A stretch of DNA of 64,000 nucleotides from Eledone cirrhosa (GCA_964016885.1 OZ024754.1:14198001-14262000), one strand, 5' to 3'; shown: positions 40,401 through 50,956, counted from the first letter of the stretch. Program-made: numbers and translations. Notes: generated by a model from the sequence alone, not told the origin.

Positions 40401-40884
40401 ACCCTCCACCCCTATCCGCTAATCCCACACAGTCCCAGCGTGCATCTAAGATCCCGTTCCAGTCGCCCACTAACACTAAAGAGCGGGACGTTCCAAGAAA
40501 GGTCTCCAGACGCCGGAAGAAATCAGGCCGCCCTGCTCCTGTCGGGGCATAGACGGCCACTAGCCTGAAAGCTTGCCCGTCTCCGCTGGTCACGTCCAGC
40601 ACCACCAGCTTACCCTCTGGGTCCAGGAAGATGGCCCGTATGGCGAGATCCAAACCTCTCCGAAAAAGCACAGCAACTCCTCCACCCGATCCAGGACGGC
40701 TGGGAGATGCGTACACATCGTAGCCGCCGAAGATCGGTGCGAAGGCCCGTGCTTCGGAGATTCTGGTCTCGCTGATGGCCACTACATCTATGTTTAGTGA
40801 CCTGAGGTCGTTGAGCAGGTGACCCTGCTTCCATGACGACCCCAAGCCACGCGCATTTATGCTGCCTATTCTGAGTGAGGTCAT
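37465..40884 (-). CDS. LINE ORF2: AP-endonuclease, reverse transcriptase and C-terminal zinc finger (1139 aa)
   Basis: SINARG, SETR, GDWN, LDRVF, TDH (APE); SPGLDG, FRPITLLN, LDQSKAFDRV, RQGCPLS, YADD (RT); CPRC…HALVQC. Confidence 0.97.
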   Translation of the reverse strand: MTSLRIGSINARGLGSSWKQGHLLNDLRSLNIDVVAISETRISEARAFAPIFGGYDVYASPSRPGSGGGVAVLFRRGLDLAIRAIFLDPEGKLVVLDVTSGDGQAFRLVAVYAPTGAGRPDFFRRLETFLGTSRSLVLVGDWNGILDARWDCVGLADRGGGCKSLTNLLRRFELSDRYRLDFPNVPMWTWTNRIGSSRSYLDRVFCREIDRSSIGCPQFKIVSYTDHKFVTCVLDLDRLHRRGPGYWKLNASLPARKAYRDRISELVKRALTGAIVNNKWWFALKRAIRIESIRFSKALAIEKNRAEGELVRKLDEALSKGIATDVLAAKLALDQFFNAKHEGCVVRARVRALRHEGTKAVQWARVAEARRGNKATIRSLVDHDGRMLLDPGQMCEAFQRHFAQLFGGSGGPGRGMDFSVYLDGLPRLSATEARCCEKPITAAEVREAMTGCTRGKSPGLDGLPYELYVQMPDLFGGLLADVYCNWQQNGRIPSSVSRGAVALLRKDPNKGDNIDNFRPITLLNTEFKILAKVLAKRLALVVGGLVGEAQTCAIPDRSIHDNLHLMRYIVERVAREPGTGGSLINLDQSKAFDRVDHRYLAAVLRAAGFGPVFRGWIAAMHSDICSVVRVNGHLSEPFNIMRSVRQGCPLSSLLYVLTLEPLLHKLETLRGVPRELGCGRSVSAYADDVTVVVSNAKHIEAIGTTLREYEAVTGAMINQEKSVGLQLGTWRGRSMPSNSVVGRWTDGPVKLLGVWFGPDLQTDKNWDEVTSRVASLTQKWAERKLSLKGRAEVANAYIASVICYRLTVVPCPKPRLTALERLLFRFLWKGRAPMVRRSICCQHPLRGGLGMPWLMMRRHALRLRHLHLFLDGDQVWSPFARRVFPQLVSLTELQSWVKRRPRGFAWRLECLQALTALDQSGNVIGGNSTSAFYRGLVEGKSDDVLGETLGVDENQLANLFGRTFGPGPMDNFQKSLAWQCYRGALPVRDKLYRHGGAVSRACPRCAQGDETVLHALVQCPKIADLWVYVEHLLSRLGRIQLSSESIVRIAPPSSFSREGQAVFICLVAMAKEIVWWTRLKGLKTSTYLFGDALIDFFKFHLKRKIRVEKEVLSSQHFVERWVREARMARVNGPTLSIYL

Positions 40885-40919
40885 GTTTAAAATAGAGTGG
40901 AAAAGATGGGAAAGACCAC

Positions 40920-43049
40920 TTACCGTACTTTTGGTAGAGGAGGGATGGTTTTTACATCCCTTTTCACTTGATCGTCTGGTGAAGGGACCGTTGAATCGTC
41001 CCTTCGGCTGGTCATCGGCTCTTCTAAGAGAATGTCTGAGTATACACTTCGATTGATGGTTCCTCCTAGGTCCCTGAAATCACCAACTGCGTTGGGGAAT
41101 TTCGTTTTAATGTTTGTGTATTGTTTCTGTGCTATTTTTAGCAGTCTTATGTTAGTTGGCGTTTTGATTGGTGCTGGTATTATGTAGTCCTGTTGTGAAA
41201 TGTCTGTGTGTTCAATTATGTAAGTCATTAGTTTCTTGTTGTGTGTATTTATTGCCGTGCATTTGTTTTTCTGGGGGTGGGGTGTGGTTCTGCTATTTTC
41301 TTGTCGTTGTTGCTGGGTGTGTGTGTTTTGTTGTTGTGTTTGCGATGTTGGTGCTTGTGGTGGTGGTGTTGAAGGTGTTGTTGGCGGTGGGGTTGTCGCC
41401 GGTGGTGATGGTGGCGCTATTGTGGGTGGTGATGGTGTTGGTGTTGTTGCTGCTGTGGGTCTCTTTGCAGTAGACTTTACCCTTTTCTCATTTCTTTCCT
41501 CCCTTTTCAAAGGCGACGATGCGCTGCTTCTGCGTTTGTGCCTTCTTACGACCTTTTGCCATCTCTCTCCCACCTCACACTCCATGTCTGATTCTGTGAG
41601 GTCGGGGAGGGGTACCAACTCCACTCTTTCACTTGTTGTTGTTGGTGATGTTTGCACTGGAGTCTCTGTTGCAGCTGCATTTGGTATTGCTGTTGTTGTT
41701 GTTAGTATTTCCACTGCTGCTGCTGTTTTTGATTTCCGTGGAGTGGGTATGGGTGCCACGGGCGTATCGTTCCTGGTTGCCGCTTGTCCTGTTGCTGGTA
41801 GCCGTGGAGCCGGATTCGGAAGGAGGGGGGTTTTCTCCTTTCTCAGGGTCTTCTCGTTGCAGAAGGCCCTGAGGTGAGTCTTCGATCCACAGCGAAAGCA
41901 TTTCGGGCGTTTGCCCTCAACACTTATGGGCAGTTGAGTGCCGTTATCGAAGTCTATCACATCCGGGATAGCTTCGATGCACTCCTGGTTGGTTTGGATT
42001 AGCATCTCAATGGAGGAGCCGACCCAATCTTCTCTTACTTTTTTTTGTACTTGCAGTACAGTTGTTTTGTCCTCGATTCCGACGAGGACAGACGCGGCCA
42101 GCCAAGAAGGGGTCATTCCGGGGGGGACGTGGGTCAGTTTGACCCTCACAATTTTTTGCCCACAGTAGGAGGGCACCAACACCATTTCCTCGCTCCTTAG
42201 GGTCACTACTGATTGGGCCTTTGCCTCCTGGGGTGTGGCAAAAAGTACGTCTACGGTGGCATATTTTTTGCCTCGGGTGATGTGCGTTTTCCGCTGCCAC
42301 ACAGACCCCAAGGCTTTTTGTATTTGGGCCTCTGTGGCTCTTTCCACCCTACGGGATTTTGTACTTACTGTACGGTACGTGACCGTACAGTGCTCTTGGG
42401 TTTCGAAAAAATTTTTCGCTGCCTTGCAGATTGCTCGGTGTCCGTTCTTTGTCACCATCTTCTTCGCTTCCTCTAATTCCTCATTTGTTATGAGGATTGT
42501 TTCCAAGTTTTTCGCAATACCTGCAAATGAGATTGGTTTTTCTCTGCTGTTGTTGTTGTCGTCAGAGCTGCTGGTACTTTTGTTGTTGCTGCAGGTACTA
42601 CGACTACTGCCTCCGCCGCTGTTGCTGTGGTTGTTGTTGGTGTTGCTGCTGTTAATGCTGTTGTTGTTTATGCTGCTGGTGATGCTGTTGCGGCTGCTAC
42701 TGTTGTTTTCATTGTCACTGTTGCTGTTGTTATTACGGCTGCTACTGCTATTATTCCTGACGTCAGACGAATGAAATGGGTTTTCGTATTTCCCGCACAC
42801 CTGTTTCGTCGCTGTCGTCGTCGTCGTGGAGAAACCTTGCACGCTTTGCACGAGACTTTTCTTTTCTTTCGTCGCTTGCGAAAGAGAAGGGAGGGAGAGA
42901 GACACATTTAAAGAAGGGAGGGAGAGAGACGATCTTCTCTCTGCTGTAGTGATGATTGAGGAAGAAGAAGACGGAATGAGTGGGAGTGACGTATGAAATT
43001 TCTTTTTCGTAGCCATGTTTTTTTGTTTAAAATGAAATTTTGGGTACAA
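40920..43049 (-). CDS. LINE ORF1, gag-like with CCHC zinc knuckle (start probably at MATKKK)
   Basis: CFRCGSKTHLRAFC (CX2CX4HX4C), N/S-rich and P/T-rich low-complexity regions, ends 35 bp before ORF2. Confidence 0.9.
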   Translation of the reverse strand: MYPKFHFKQKNMATKKKFHTSLPLIPSSSSSIITTAERRSSLSLPSLNVSLSLPSLSQATKEKKSLVQSVQGFSTTTTTATKQVCGKYENPFHSSDVRNNSSSSRNNNSNSDNENNSSSRNSITSSINNNSINSSNTNNNHSNSGGGSSRSTCSNNKSTSSSDDNNNSREKPISFAGIAKNLETILITNEELEEAKKMVTKNGHRAICKAAKNFFETQEHCTVTYRTVSTKSRRVERATEAQIQKALGSVWQRKTHITRGKKYATVDVLFATPQEAKAQSVVTLRSEEMVLVPSYCGQKIVRVKLTHVPPGMTPSWLAASVLVGIEDKTTVLQVQKKVREDWVGSSIEMLIQTNQECIEAIPDVIDFDNGTQLPISVEGKRPKCFRCGSKTHLRAFCNEKTLRKEKTPLLPNPAPRLPATGQAATRNDTPVAPIPTPRKSKTAAAVEILTTTTAIPNAAATETPVQTSPTTTSERVELVPLPDLTESDMECEVGERWQKVVRRHKRRSSASSPLKREERNEKRVKSTAKRPTAATTPTPSPPTIAPPSPPATTPPPTTPSTPPPQAPTSQTQQQNTHTQQQRQENSRTTPHPQKNKCTAINTHNKKLMTYIIEHTDISQQDYIIPAPIKTPTNIRLLKIAQKQYTNIKTKFPNAVGDFRDLGGTINRSVYSDILLEEPMTSRRDDSTVPSPDDQVKRDVKTIPPLPKVR

Positions 43050-43254
43050 AACCCCAATAACTGGTTATTTAACCCCGAAGGGCCAAATAACGGACAGAAA
43101 GACCCCTCTCACGAGGAGGAGGGTGTCTTTATCAACAATTTGGTTCAAGTTTTAAACAATTTACAATTGTTTTAACGGTTAAAAATTACTATACCTTACA
43201 GAGCCGAGCCTCCGTCAACCATGGCATTCAATAATAATAATAATAATGATGATT

Positions 43255-43468
43255 TTTAGTATGGGCACAAGGCCAGTAATTTGGGGAGGGGGGAGGGGAA
43301 AGTCGATTAAATCGACCCCAATACGTTACTGGTGCTTTGTTTTATCGACCCCGTAAGGATGAAAGGCAAAGTTAACCTCGGTGGGATTTGAACTCAGTCC
43401 GTAAAGAGACGTAACTATGCTGCAAAGCATGGCGTCCGACCCTCTACCGATACTGCCAATCCACTACC
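43255..43468 (-). mobile_element. Full-length SINE directly 5' of LINE copy 1
   Basis: A and B boxes and central domain; identical to 49555-49768. Confidence 0.85.
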
Positions 43469-43764
43469 AATAATAATTATAATAATAATATTAATAATAA
43501 CGATTTCTTTATTAACCACAAGGGTTTACATAAAGTAGACATTAAGGACAGTGCAGGACAATGCAGGACGGTACAAATGGGCATTTCTGCGTGTAAAAAA
43601 ACAAAAACAGAGGATGTAACAAAAATAACAATGAAAATAACAATGAAAAATTCCCCAATAGGGGGGGAGACTTCGAAGGGACATTTGTGGAGAAAGCCCA
43701 GTAAAAAGCCACAATGACCCTGACCACCAAGGCAAGTGCCCTCTCCCAGTTTTCCACCTTTAGT

Positions 43765-46700
43765 TTACAGATATATACTCAGAGTCGGCCCATTCACTCG
43801 GGCCATTCTTGCTTCTCTCACCCATCTTTCAACAAAATGCTGGGAAGAGAGCACTTCCTTCTCTACTCTGATTTTCCTTTTCAAATGAAATTTGAAAAAG
43901 TCAATCAGAGCATCACCGAAGAGGTAAGTGCTCGTCTTCAGCCCTTTCAAACGTGTCCACCATACTATCTCTTTCGCCATGGCCACCAGACAGATAAAAA
44001 CTGCCTGCCCTTCCCGGCTAAAGGAGGAGGGCGGGGCAATCCTCACGATAGACTCAGATGATAGCTGGATCCGTCCTAAACGCGACAGCAGGTGTTCGAC
44101 ATAAACCCACAAGTCAGCAATTTTCGGACACTGGACGAGTGCGTGCAGGACGGTTTCGTCGCCCTGCGCGCATCTCGGACATGCCCGGCTGACGGCACCT
44201 CCATGCCTGTAGAGTTTATCCCGAACTGGCAAGGCTCCTCGGTAGCACTGCCAGGCCAGAGATTTCTGGAAGTTGTCCATAGGCCCTGGCCCGAAAGTTC
44301 TTCCGAAGAGATTGGCTAGTTGATTTTCGTCGACGCCTAGAGTTTCCCCAAGTACGTCGTCGCTCTTCCCCTCCACTAATCCTCTATAGAACGCCGAGGT
44401 GGAGTTTCCACCGATCGCATTGCCCGATTGGTCGAGGGCTGTGAGCGCCTGAAGACATTCCAGTCTCCAGGCGCTCCCTCTCGGTCTTCGCTTGACCCAG
44501 GACTGCAGCTCCGTCAAGGAAACGAGCTGGGGAAAAACGCGTCTAGCAAACGGCGACCACACCTGATCACCGTCGAGGAAGAGGTGGAGATGTCGTAGCC
44601 TGAGCGCGTGCCTGCGCATCATCAGCCACGGCATGCCCAGCCCTCCACGTAGCGGGTGTTGACAACAGATGGACCGCCTGACCATCGGAGCACGTCCCTT
44701 CCACAAAAAGCGAAAGAGCAAACGCTCCAGCGCAGTCAGGCGAGGCTTAGGACAAGGTACGACGGTTAGGCGGTAGCAGATGACAGACGCGATGTACGCG
44801 TTAGCCACCTCCGCTCGACCTTTCAGGGATAGCTTCCTCTCCGCCCATTTCTGGGTGAGAGAAGCCACCCTGCTCGTCACCTCGTCCCAGTTTTTGTCCG
44901 TCTGGAGGTCCGGACCGAACCAGACCCCTAGCAATTTAACCGGTCCGTCCGTCCAGCGTCCGACGACGCTGTTGGACGGCATGGACCTGCCTCTCCAGGT
45001 GCCGAGCTGCAGGCCCACTGACTTTTCCTGGTTGATCATTGCTCCTGTCACCGCTTCGTATTCTCTTAGTGTAGTGCCGATCGCCTCGATGTGTTTGGCG
45101 TTCGACACCACTACGGTGACATCGTCGGCATATGCTGACACGGATCTTCCGCATCCTAGTTCGCGCGGGACTCCCCTCAACGTCTCCAGTTTGTGCAGTA
45201 ATGGCTCGAGCGTCAATACGTACAAGAGGGACGAGAGGGGACATCCTTGGCGGACCGAGCGCATGATGTTGAACGGTTCCGACAGGTGACCGTTCACTCT
45301 CACCACAGAGCAGATGTCGCTGTGCATGGCAGCGATCCAGCCTCTGAAGACGGGCCCAAAGCCAGCCGCCCTCAGGACTGCCGCTAGGTAACGATGGTCG
45401 ACCCTATCGAAAGCTTTCGACTGATCTAAATTGATCAAGGACCCACCCGTGCCAGGTTCCCTAGCTACCCTCTCTACGATGTATCGCATGAGGTGGAGGT
45501 TGTCGTGGATGGATCTGTCGGGAATGGCGCATGTCTGCGCCTCTCCCACCAGACCACCAACGACAAGCGCCAACCTCTTTGCTAGCACCTTGGCCAAAAT
45601 CTTAAACTCTGTGTTTAGCAGAGTTATGGGCCGGAAATTGTCTATGTTATCCCCCTTGTTCGGATCCTTTCTCAGCAGTGCCACCGCTCCTCGGCTCACA
45701 GAACTGGGAATTCTCCCGTTCTGTTGCCAGTTGCAGTAGACGTCCGCCAAGAGGCCTCCGAACAAGTCTGGCATCTGTACGTAAAGTTCATAGGGCAGAC
45801 CATCCAAACCAGGCGATTTACCCCTTGTGCAGCCAGTCATTGCCTCCCTTACTTCAGCGGCTGTTATCGGCTTTTCGCAACACTTCGCCTCAGTGGCCGA
45901 GAGCCGCGGCAGTCCGTCGAGGTAGACACTAAAGTCCATCCCTCTACCCGGCCCACCGCTGCCCCCGAACAGCTGAGCGAAGTGTCGCTGAAAAGCTTCA
46001 CACATTTGCCCGGGATCGAGTAGCATGCGCCCGTCGTGGTCCACCAAAGACCGGATCGTGGCTTTGTTGCCACGACGCGCCTCCGCCACTCGGGCCCATT
46101 GAACGGCTTTCGTCCCCTCGTGTCTGAGAGCACGCACCCTAGCTCTGACAACGCAGCCTTCGTGCTTTGCATTGAAGAATTGGTCAAGGGCCAATTTCGC
46201 CGCAAGCACGTCGGTCGCAATGCCTTTGCTAAGCGCCTCGTCTAATTTTCTAACTAGTTCTCCCTCTGCTCTATTTTTCTCTATTGCTAAAGCCTTACTA
46301 AACCTAATCGATTCTATTCTAATCGCTCTTTTCAGAGCAAACCACCACTTGTTGTTGACGATGGCCCCCGTCAACGCCCGCTTAACTAGTTCGCTAATCC
46401 GGTCTCTGTAGGCCTTGCGCGCTGGTAAGGACGCGTTTAGCTTCCAGTAGCCGGGTCCTCGTCTATGAAGCCTATCTAAGTCAAGCACACAGGTCACGAA
46501 TTTGTGGTCCGTGTAGCTGACTATCTTGAATTGTGGACAGCCTATGCTAGACCTATCTATTTCCCTACAAAATACTCTATCTAGATATGATCTGGATGAC
46601 CCTATGCGGTTTGTCCAAGTCCACATTGGCACATTCGGGAAATCCAATCGGTACCTGTCAGACAGTTCAAAACGCCTGAGCAGGTTGGTGAGGCTCTTGC

Positions 46701-47184
46701 ACCCTCCACCCCTATCCGCTAATCCCACACAGTCCCAGCGTGCATCTAAGATCCCGTTCCAGTCGCCCACTAACACTAAAGAGCGGGACGTTCCAAGAAA
46801 GGTCTCCAGACGCCGGAAGAAATCAGGCCGCCCTGCTCCTGTCGGGGCATAGACGGCCACTAGCCTGAAAGCTTGCCCGTCTCCGCTGGTCACGTCCAGC
46901 ACCACCAGCTTACCCTCTGGGTCCAGGAAGATGGCCCGTATGGCGAGATCCAAACCTCTCCGAAAAAGCACAGCAACTCCTCCACCGGATCCAGGACGGC
47001 TGGGAGATGCGTATACATCGTAGCCGCCGAAGATCGGTGCGAAGGCCCGTGCTTCGGAGATTCTGGTCTCGCTGATGGCCACTACATCTATGTTTAGTGA
47101 CCTGAGGTCGTTGAGCAGGTGACCCTGCTTCCATGACGACCCCAAGCCACGCGCATTTATGCTGCCTATTCTGAGTGAGGTCAT
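43765..47184 (-). CDS. LINE ORF2, copy 2 (1139 aa)
   Basis: Same motifs; 3 amino-acid differences from copy 1. Confidence 0.97.
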   Translation of the reverse strand: MTSLRIGSINARGLGSSWKQGHLLNDLRSLNIDVVAISETRISEARAFAPIFGGYDVYASPSRPGSGGGVAVLFRRGLDLAIRAIFLDPEGKLVVLDVTSGDGQAFRLVAVYAPTGAGRPDFFRRLETFLGTSRSLVLVGDWNGILDARWDCVGLADRGGGCKSLTNLLRRFELSDRYRLDFPNVPMWTWTNRIGSSRSYLDRVFCREIDRSSIGCPQFKIVSYTDHKFVTCVLDLDRLHRRGPGYWKLNASLPARKAYRDRISELVKRALTGAIVNNKWWFALKRAIRIESIRFSKALAIEKNRAEGELVRKLDEALSKGIATDVLAAKLALDQFFNAKHEGCVVRARVRALRHEGTKAVQWARVAEARRGNKATIRSLVDHDGRMLLDPGQMCEAFQRHFAQLFGGSGGPGRGMDFSVYLDGLPRLSATEAKCCEKPITAAEVREAMTGCTRGKSPGLDGLPYELYVQMPDLFGGLLADVYCNWQQNGRIPSSVSRGAVALLRKDPNKGDNIDNFRPITLLNTEFKILAKVLAKRLALVVGGLVGEAQTCAIPDRSIHDNLHLMRYIVERVAREPGTGGSLINLDQSKAFDRVDHRYLAAVLRAAGFGPVFRGWIAAMHSDICSVVRVNGHLSEPFNIMRSVRQGCPLSSLLYVLTLEPLLHKLETLRGVPRELGCGRSVSAYADDVTVVVSNAKHIEAIGTTLREYEAVTGAMINQEKSVGLQLGTWRGRSMPSNSVVGRWTDGPVKLLGVWFGPDLQTDKNWDEVTSRVASLTQKWAERKLSLKGRAEVANAYIASVICYRLTVVPCPKPRLTALERLLFRFLWKGRAPMVRRSICCQHPLRGGLGMPWLMMRRHALRLRHLHLFLDGDQVWSPFARRVFPQLVSLTELQSWVKRRPRGSAWRLECLQALTALDQSGNAIGGNSTSAFYRGLVEGKSDDVLGETLGVDENQLANLFGRTFGPGPMDNFQKSLAWQCYRGALPVRDKLYRHGGAVSRACPRCAQGDETVLHALVQCPKIADLWVYVEHLLSRLGRIQLSSESIVRIAPPSSFSREGQAVFICLVAMAKEIVWWTRLKGLKTSTYLFGDALIDFFKFHLKRKIRVEKEVLSSQHFVERWVREARMARVNGPTLSIYL

Positions 47185-47219
47185 GTTTAAAATAGAGTGG
47201 AAAAGATGGGAAAGACCAC

Positions 47220-49349
47220 TTACCGTACTTTTGGTAGAGGAGGGATGGTTTTTACATCCCTTTTCACTTGATCGTCTGGTGAAGGGACCGTTGAATCGTC
47301 CCTTCGGCTGGTCGTCGGCTCTTCTAAGAGAATGTCTGAATATACTCTTCGATTGATGGTTCCTCCTAGGTCCCTGAAATCACCTACTGCGTTGGGGAAT
47401 TTCGTTTTAATGTTTGTGTATTGTTTCTGTGCTATTTTTAGCAGTCTTATGTTAGTTGGCGTTTTGATTGGTGCTGGTATTATGTAGTCCTGTTGTGAAA
47501 TGTCTGTGTGTTCAATTATGTAAGTCATTAGTTTCTTGTTGTGTGTGTTTATTGCCGTGCATTTGTTTTTCTGGGGGTGGGGTGTGGTTCTGCTATTTTC
47601 TTGTCGTTGTTGCTGGGTGTGTGTGTTTTGTTGTTGTGTTTGCGATGTTGGTGCTTGTGGTGGTGGTGTTGAAGGTGTTGTTGGCGGTGGGGTTGTCGCC
47701 GGTGGTGATGGTGGTGCTAGTGTGGGTGGTGATGGTGTTGGTGTTGTTGCTGCTGTGGGTCTCTTTGCAGTAGACTTTACCCTTTTCTCATTTCTTTCCT
47801 CCCTTTTCAAAGGCGACGATGCGCTGCTTCTGCGTTTGTGCCTTCTTACGACATTTTGCCATCCCTCTCCCACCTCACACTCCATGTCTGATTCTGTGAG
47901 GTCGGGGAGGGGTACCAGCTCCACTCTTTCACTTGTTGTTGTTGGTGATGTTTGCACTGGAGTCTCTGTTGCAGCTGCATTTGGTATTGCTGTTGTTGTT
48001 GTTAGTATTTCCACTGCTGCTGCTGTTTTTGATTTCCGTGGAGTGGGTATGGGTGCCACGGGCCTATCGTTCCTGGTTGCCGCTTGTCCTGTTGCTGGTA
48101 GCCGTGGAGCCGGATTCGGAAGGAGGGGGGTTTTCTCCTTTCTCAGGGTATTCTCGTTGCAGAAGGCCCTGAGGTGAGTCTTCGATCCACAGCGAAAGCA
48201 TTTCGGGCGTTTGCCCTCAACACTTATGGGCAGTTGAGTGCCGTTATCGAAGTCTATCACATCCGGGATAGCTTCGATGCACTCCTGGTTGGTTTGGATT
48301 AGCATCTCAATGGAGGAGCCGACCCAATCTTCTCTTACTTTTTTCTGTACTTGCAGTACAGTTGTTTTGTCCTCGATTCCGACGAGGACAGACGCGGCCA
48401 GCCAAGAAGGGGTCATTCCGGGGGGGACGTGGGTCAGTTTGACCCTCACAATTTTTTGCCCGCAGTAGGAGGGCACCAACACCATTTCCTCGCTCCTTAG
48501 GGTCACTACTGATTGGGCCTTTGCCTCCTGGGGTGTGGCAAAAAGTACGTCTACGGTGGCATATTTTTTGCCTCGGGTGATGTGCGTTTTCCGCTGCCAC
48601 ACAGACCCCAAGGCTTTTTGTATTTGGGCCTCTGTGGCTCTTTCCACCCTACGGGATTTTGTACTTACTGTACGGTACGTGACCGTACAGTGCTCTTGGG
48701 TCTCGAAAAACTTTTCCGCTGCCTTGCAGATTGCTCGGTGTCCGTTCTTTGTCACCATCTTCTTCGCTTCCTCTAATTCCTCATTTGTTATGAGGATTGT
48801 TTCCAAGTTTTTCGCAATACCTGCAAATGAGATTGGTTTTTCTCTGCTGTTGTTGTTGTCGTCAGAGCTGCTGGTACTTTTGTTGTTGCTGCAGGTACTA
48901 CGACTACTGCCTCCGCCGCTGTTGCTGTGGTTGTTGTTGGTGTTGCTGCTGCTAATGCTGTTGTTGTTTATGTTGCTGGTGATGCTGTTGCGGCTGCTAC
49001 TGTTGTTTTCATTGTCACTGTTGCTGTTGTTATTACGGCTGCTACTGCTATTATTCCTGACGTCAGACGAATGAACTGGGTTTTCGTATTTCCCGCACAC
49101 CTGTTTCGTCGCTGTCGTCGTCGTCGTGGAGAAACCTTGCACGCTTTGCACGAGACTTTTCTTTTCTTTCGTTGCTTGCGAAAGAGAAGGGAGGGAGAGA
49201 GACACATTTAAAGAAGGGAGGGAGAGAGACAATCTTCTCTCTGCTGTAGTGATGATTGAGGAAGAAGAAGACGGAATGAGTGGGAGTGACGTATGAAATT
49301 TCTTTTTCGTAGCCATGTTTTTTTGTTTAAAATGAAATTTTGGGTACAA
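47220..49349 (-). CDS. LINE ORF1, copy 2
   Basis: CCHC knuckle; about 13 amino-acid differences from copy 1. Confidence 0.9.
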   Translation of the reverse strand: MYPKFHFKQKNMATKKKFHTSLPLIPSSSSSIITTAERRLSLSLPSLNVSLSLPSLSQATKEKKSLVQSVQGFSTTTTTATKQVCGKYENPVHSSDVRNNSSSSRNNNSNSDNENNSSSRNSITSNINNNSISSSNTNNNHSNSGGGSSRSTCSNNKSTSSSDDNNNSREKPISFAGIAKNLETILITNEELEEAKKMVTKNGHRAICKAAEKFFETQEHCTVTYRTVSTKSRRVERATEAQIQKALGSVWQRKTHITRGKKYATVDVLFATPQEAKAQSVVTLRSEEMVLVPSYCGQKIVRVKLTHVPPGMTPSWLAASVLVGIEDKTTVLQVQKKVREDWVGSSIEMLIQTNQECIEAIPDVIDFDNGTQLPISVEGKRPKCFRCGSKTHLRAFCNENTLRKEKTPLLPNPAPRLPATGQAATRNDRPVAPIPTPRKSKTAAAVEILTTTTAIPNAAATETPVQTSPTTTSERVELVPLPDLTESDMECEVGEGWQNVVRRHKRRSSASSPLKREERNEKRVKSTAKRPTAATTPTPSPPTLAPPSPPATTPPPTTPSTPPPQAPTSQTQQQNTHTQQQRQENSRTTPHPQKNKCTAINTHNKKLMTYIIEHTDISQQDYIIPAPIKTPTNIRLLKIAQKQYTNIKTKFPNAVGDFRDLGGTINRRVYSDILLEEPTTSRRDDSTVPSPDDQVKRDVKTIPPLPKVR

Positions 49350-49554
49350 AACCCCAATAACTGGTTATTTAACCCCGAAGGGCCAAATAACGGACAGAAA
49401 GACCCCTCTCACGAGGAGGAGGGTGTCTTTATCAACAATTTGGTTCAAGTTTTAAACAATTTACAATTGTTTTAACGGTTAAAAATTACTATACCTTACA
49501 GAGCCGAGCCTCCGTCAACCATGGCATTCAATAATAATAATAATAATGATGATT

Positions 49555-49768
49555 TTTAGTATGGGCACAAGGCCAGTAATTTGGGGAGGGGGGAGGGGAA
49601 AGTCGATTAAATCGACCCCAATACGTTACTGGTGCTTTGTTTTATCGACCCCGTAAGGATGAAAGGCAAAGTTAACCTCGGTGGGATTTGAACTCAGTCC
49701 GTAAAGAGACGTAACTATGCTGCAAAGCATGGCGTCCGACCCTCTACCGATACTGCCAATCCACTACC
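49555..49768 (-). mobile_element. Full-length SINE directly 5' of LINE copy 2
   Basis: Identical to 43255-43468. Confidence 0.85.
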
Positions 49769-50096
49769 AATAATAATTATAATAATAATATTAATAATAA
49801 CAAGGACGAAGTGTTTGGATCTTCATTCCGTTTGAGGTGTGAGGCGCCTTTCGCGAGTGATCCCTCTCTCTCTCTCTATATATATATATGTGTGGATGTG
49901 TGTGTGCGTGTGTGCGTGTGTGTGTGTGTACGTGGGTCGGAGTGATGCTATAGCGCAATCTTGCATGCATTAATTTCAACTCTACTTATCGATAACTCCA
50001 TTGTTTCTTTCAAGGGACTATGTTGAAAATTAAACCCTATTTGGTCATTCCATGAGAGTATCTTGGCCAGCCTATGAACTTTTCAACCGACCCTCG

Positions 50097-50141
<45 letters not shown>

Positions 50142-50534
50142 GTATATATATATATACATATAAATGTATATATATATACATGCCAATATGTGAGTCTATA
50201 TATGTGACTATGACTACAGATATTTTATACAGGTGTTTTCTATATTGTGTGTATGTGTGGGCATGTATGATACATACATATACGTGTCTATATATCTGTG
50301 TGTATATATGTGTGTGTATGCGTGTATACGTCTGTGCGCGCATGTGTACATAATAGAACGGCTTGTGTACACAACGACCCGGATGTGGAACGCTAGAGTA
50401 AATGAATAAGAAATTAACCTTTAATTAATAACAGGATAAATTTGTTTTATCTCACTGCACAGGCCGCTCTTAATGGAATCCTATCTTCCCTCCATTCCTA
50501 CTTCACCATATCTCTCTCTCCCTCTTTCTTTCTC

Positions 50535-50581
<47 letters not shown>

Positions 50582-50616
50582 ATATATGTGTGTGTATATA
50601 TGTGTGTGTATATATA

Positions 50617-50667
<51 letters not shown>

Positions 50668-50891
50668 CTCTCTCTCTATCATTCGCTCTCTGTTGTTCTG
50701 CTCTTTCTCTCTCTCTCCTTCTCTATCTTTCTCTTTCTCCGTAACCCAACGGCTTATTTTAAAAATATCCAATACTAACTTACCTAATAATATAATTAAA
50801 CCGACAACTCCACTATCCGGGAGCTTCCAACAGTAATGGTCGCATTCTTTAAGGGTATGTCAATATTTATTTATAAAACTTATCTATATTA

Positions 50892-50956
50892 TATTTTATC
50901 TGATGAAAGCACACCATAATTTAACTTGGTGTCCTTGAAATATGTATAATGAAATA
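50892..50956 (+). ncRNA. Type-I hammerhead ribozyme
   Basis: tattttat CTGATGA aag cacacca…ttggtgt cctt GAAAT ATGT ATA atgaaata. 8-bp stem I; followed about 45 bp later by (TA)n. Confidence 0.75.

Larger units (their letters stand above)
37205..43230 (-). mobile_element. Full-length Tx1/L1-clade LINE, copy 1
   Basis: Two intact ORFs, 5' and 3' UTRs, AATAAA near the 3' end, both ends in (AAT)n. Confidence 0.93.
43502..49530 (-). mobile_element. Full-length Tx1/L1-clade LINE, copy 2
   Basis: About 99% identical to copy 1 at an offset of 6300. Confidence 0.93.

Noticed and set aside
37792-49211. Antisense and alternate-frame ORFs within the LINEs
   Set aside because: Shadow ORFs of GC-rich coding sequence with no recognisable motifs.
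49834-49862. GAAAG-GCGC-CTC half-hammerhead on the minus strand
   Set aside because: The 5' core is absent (runs into microsatellite), so it is at most a truncated remnant.
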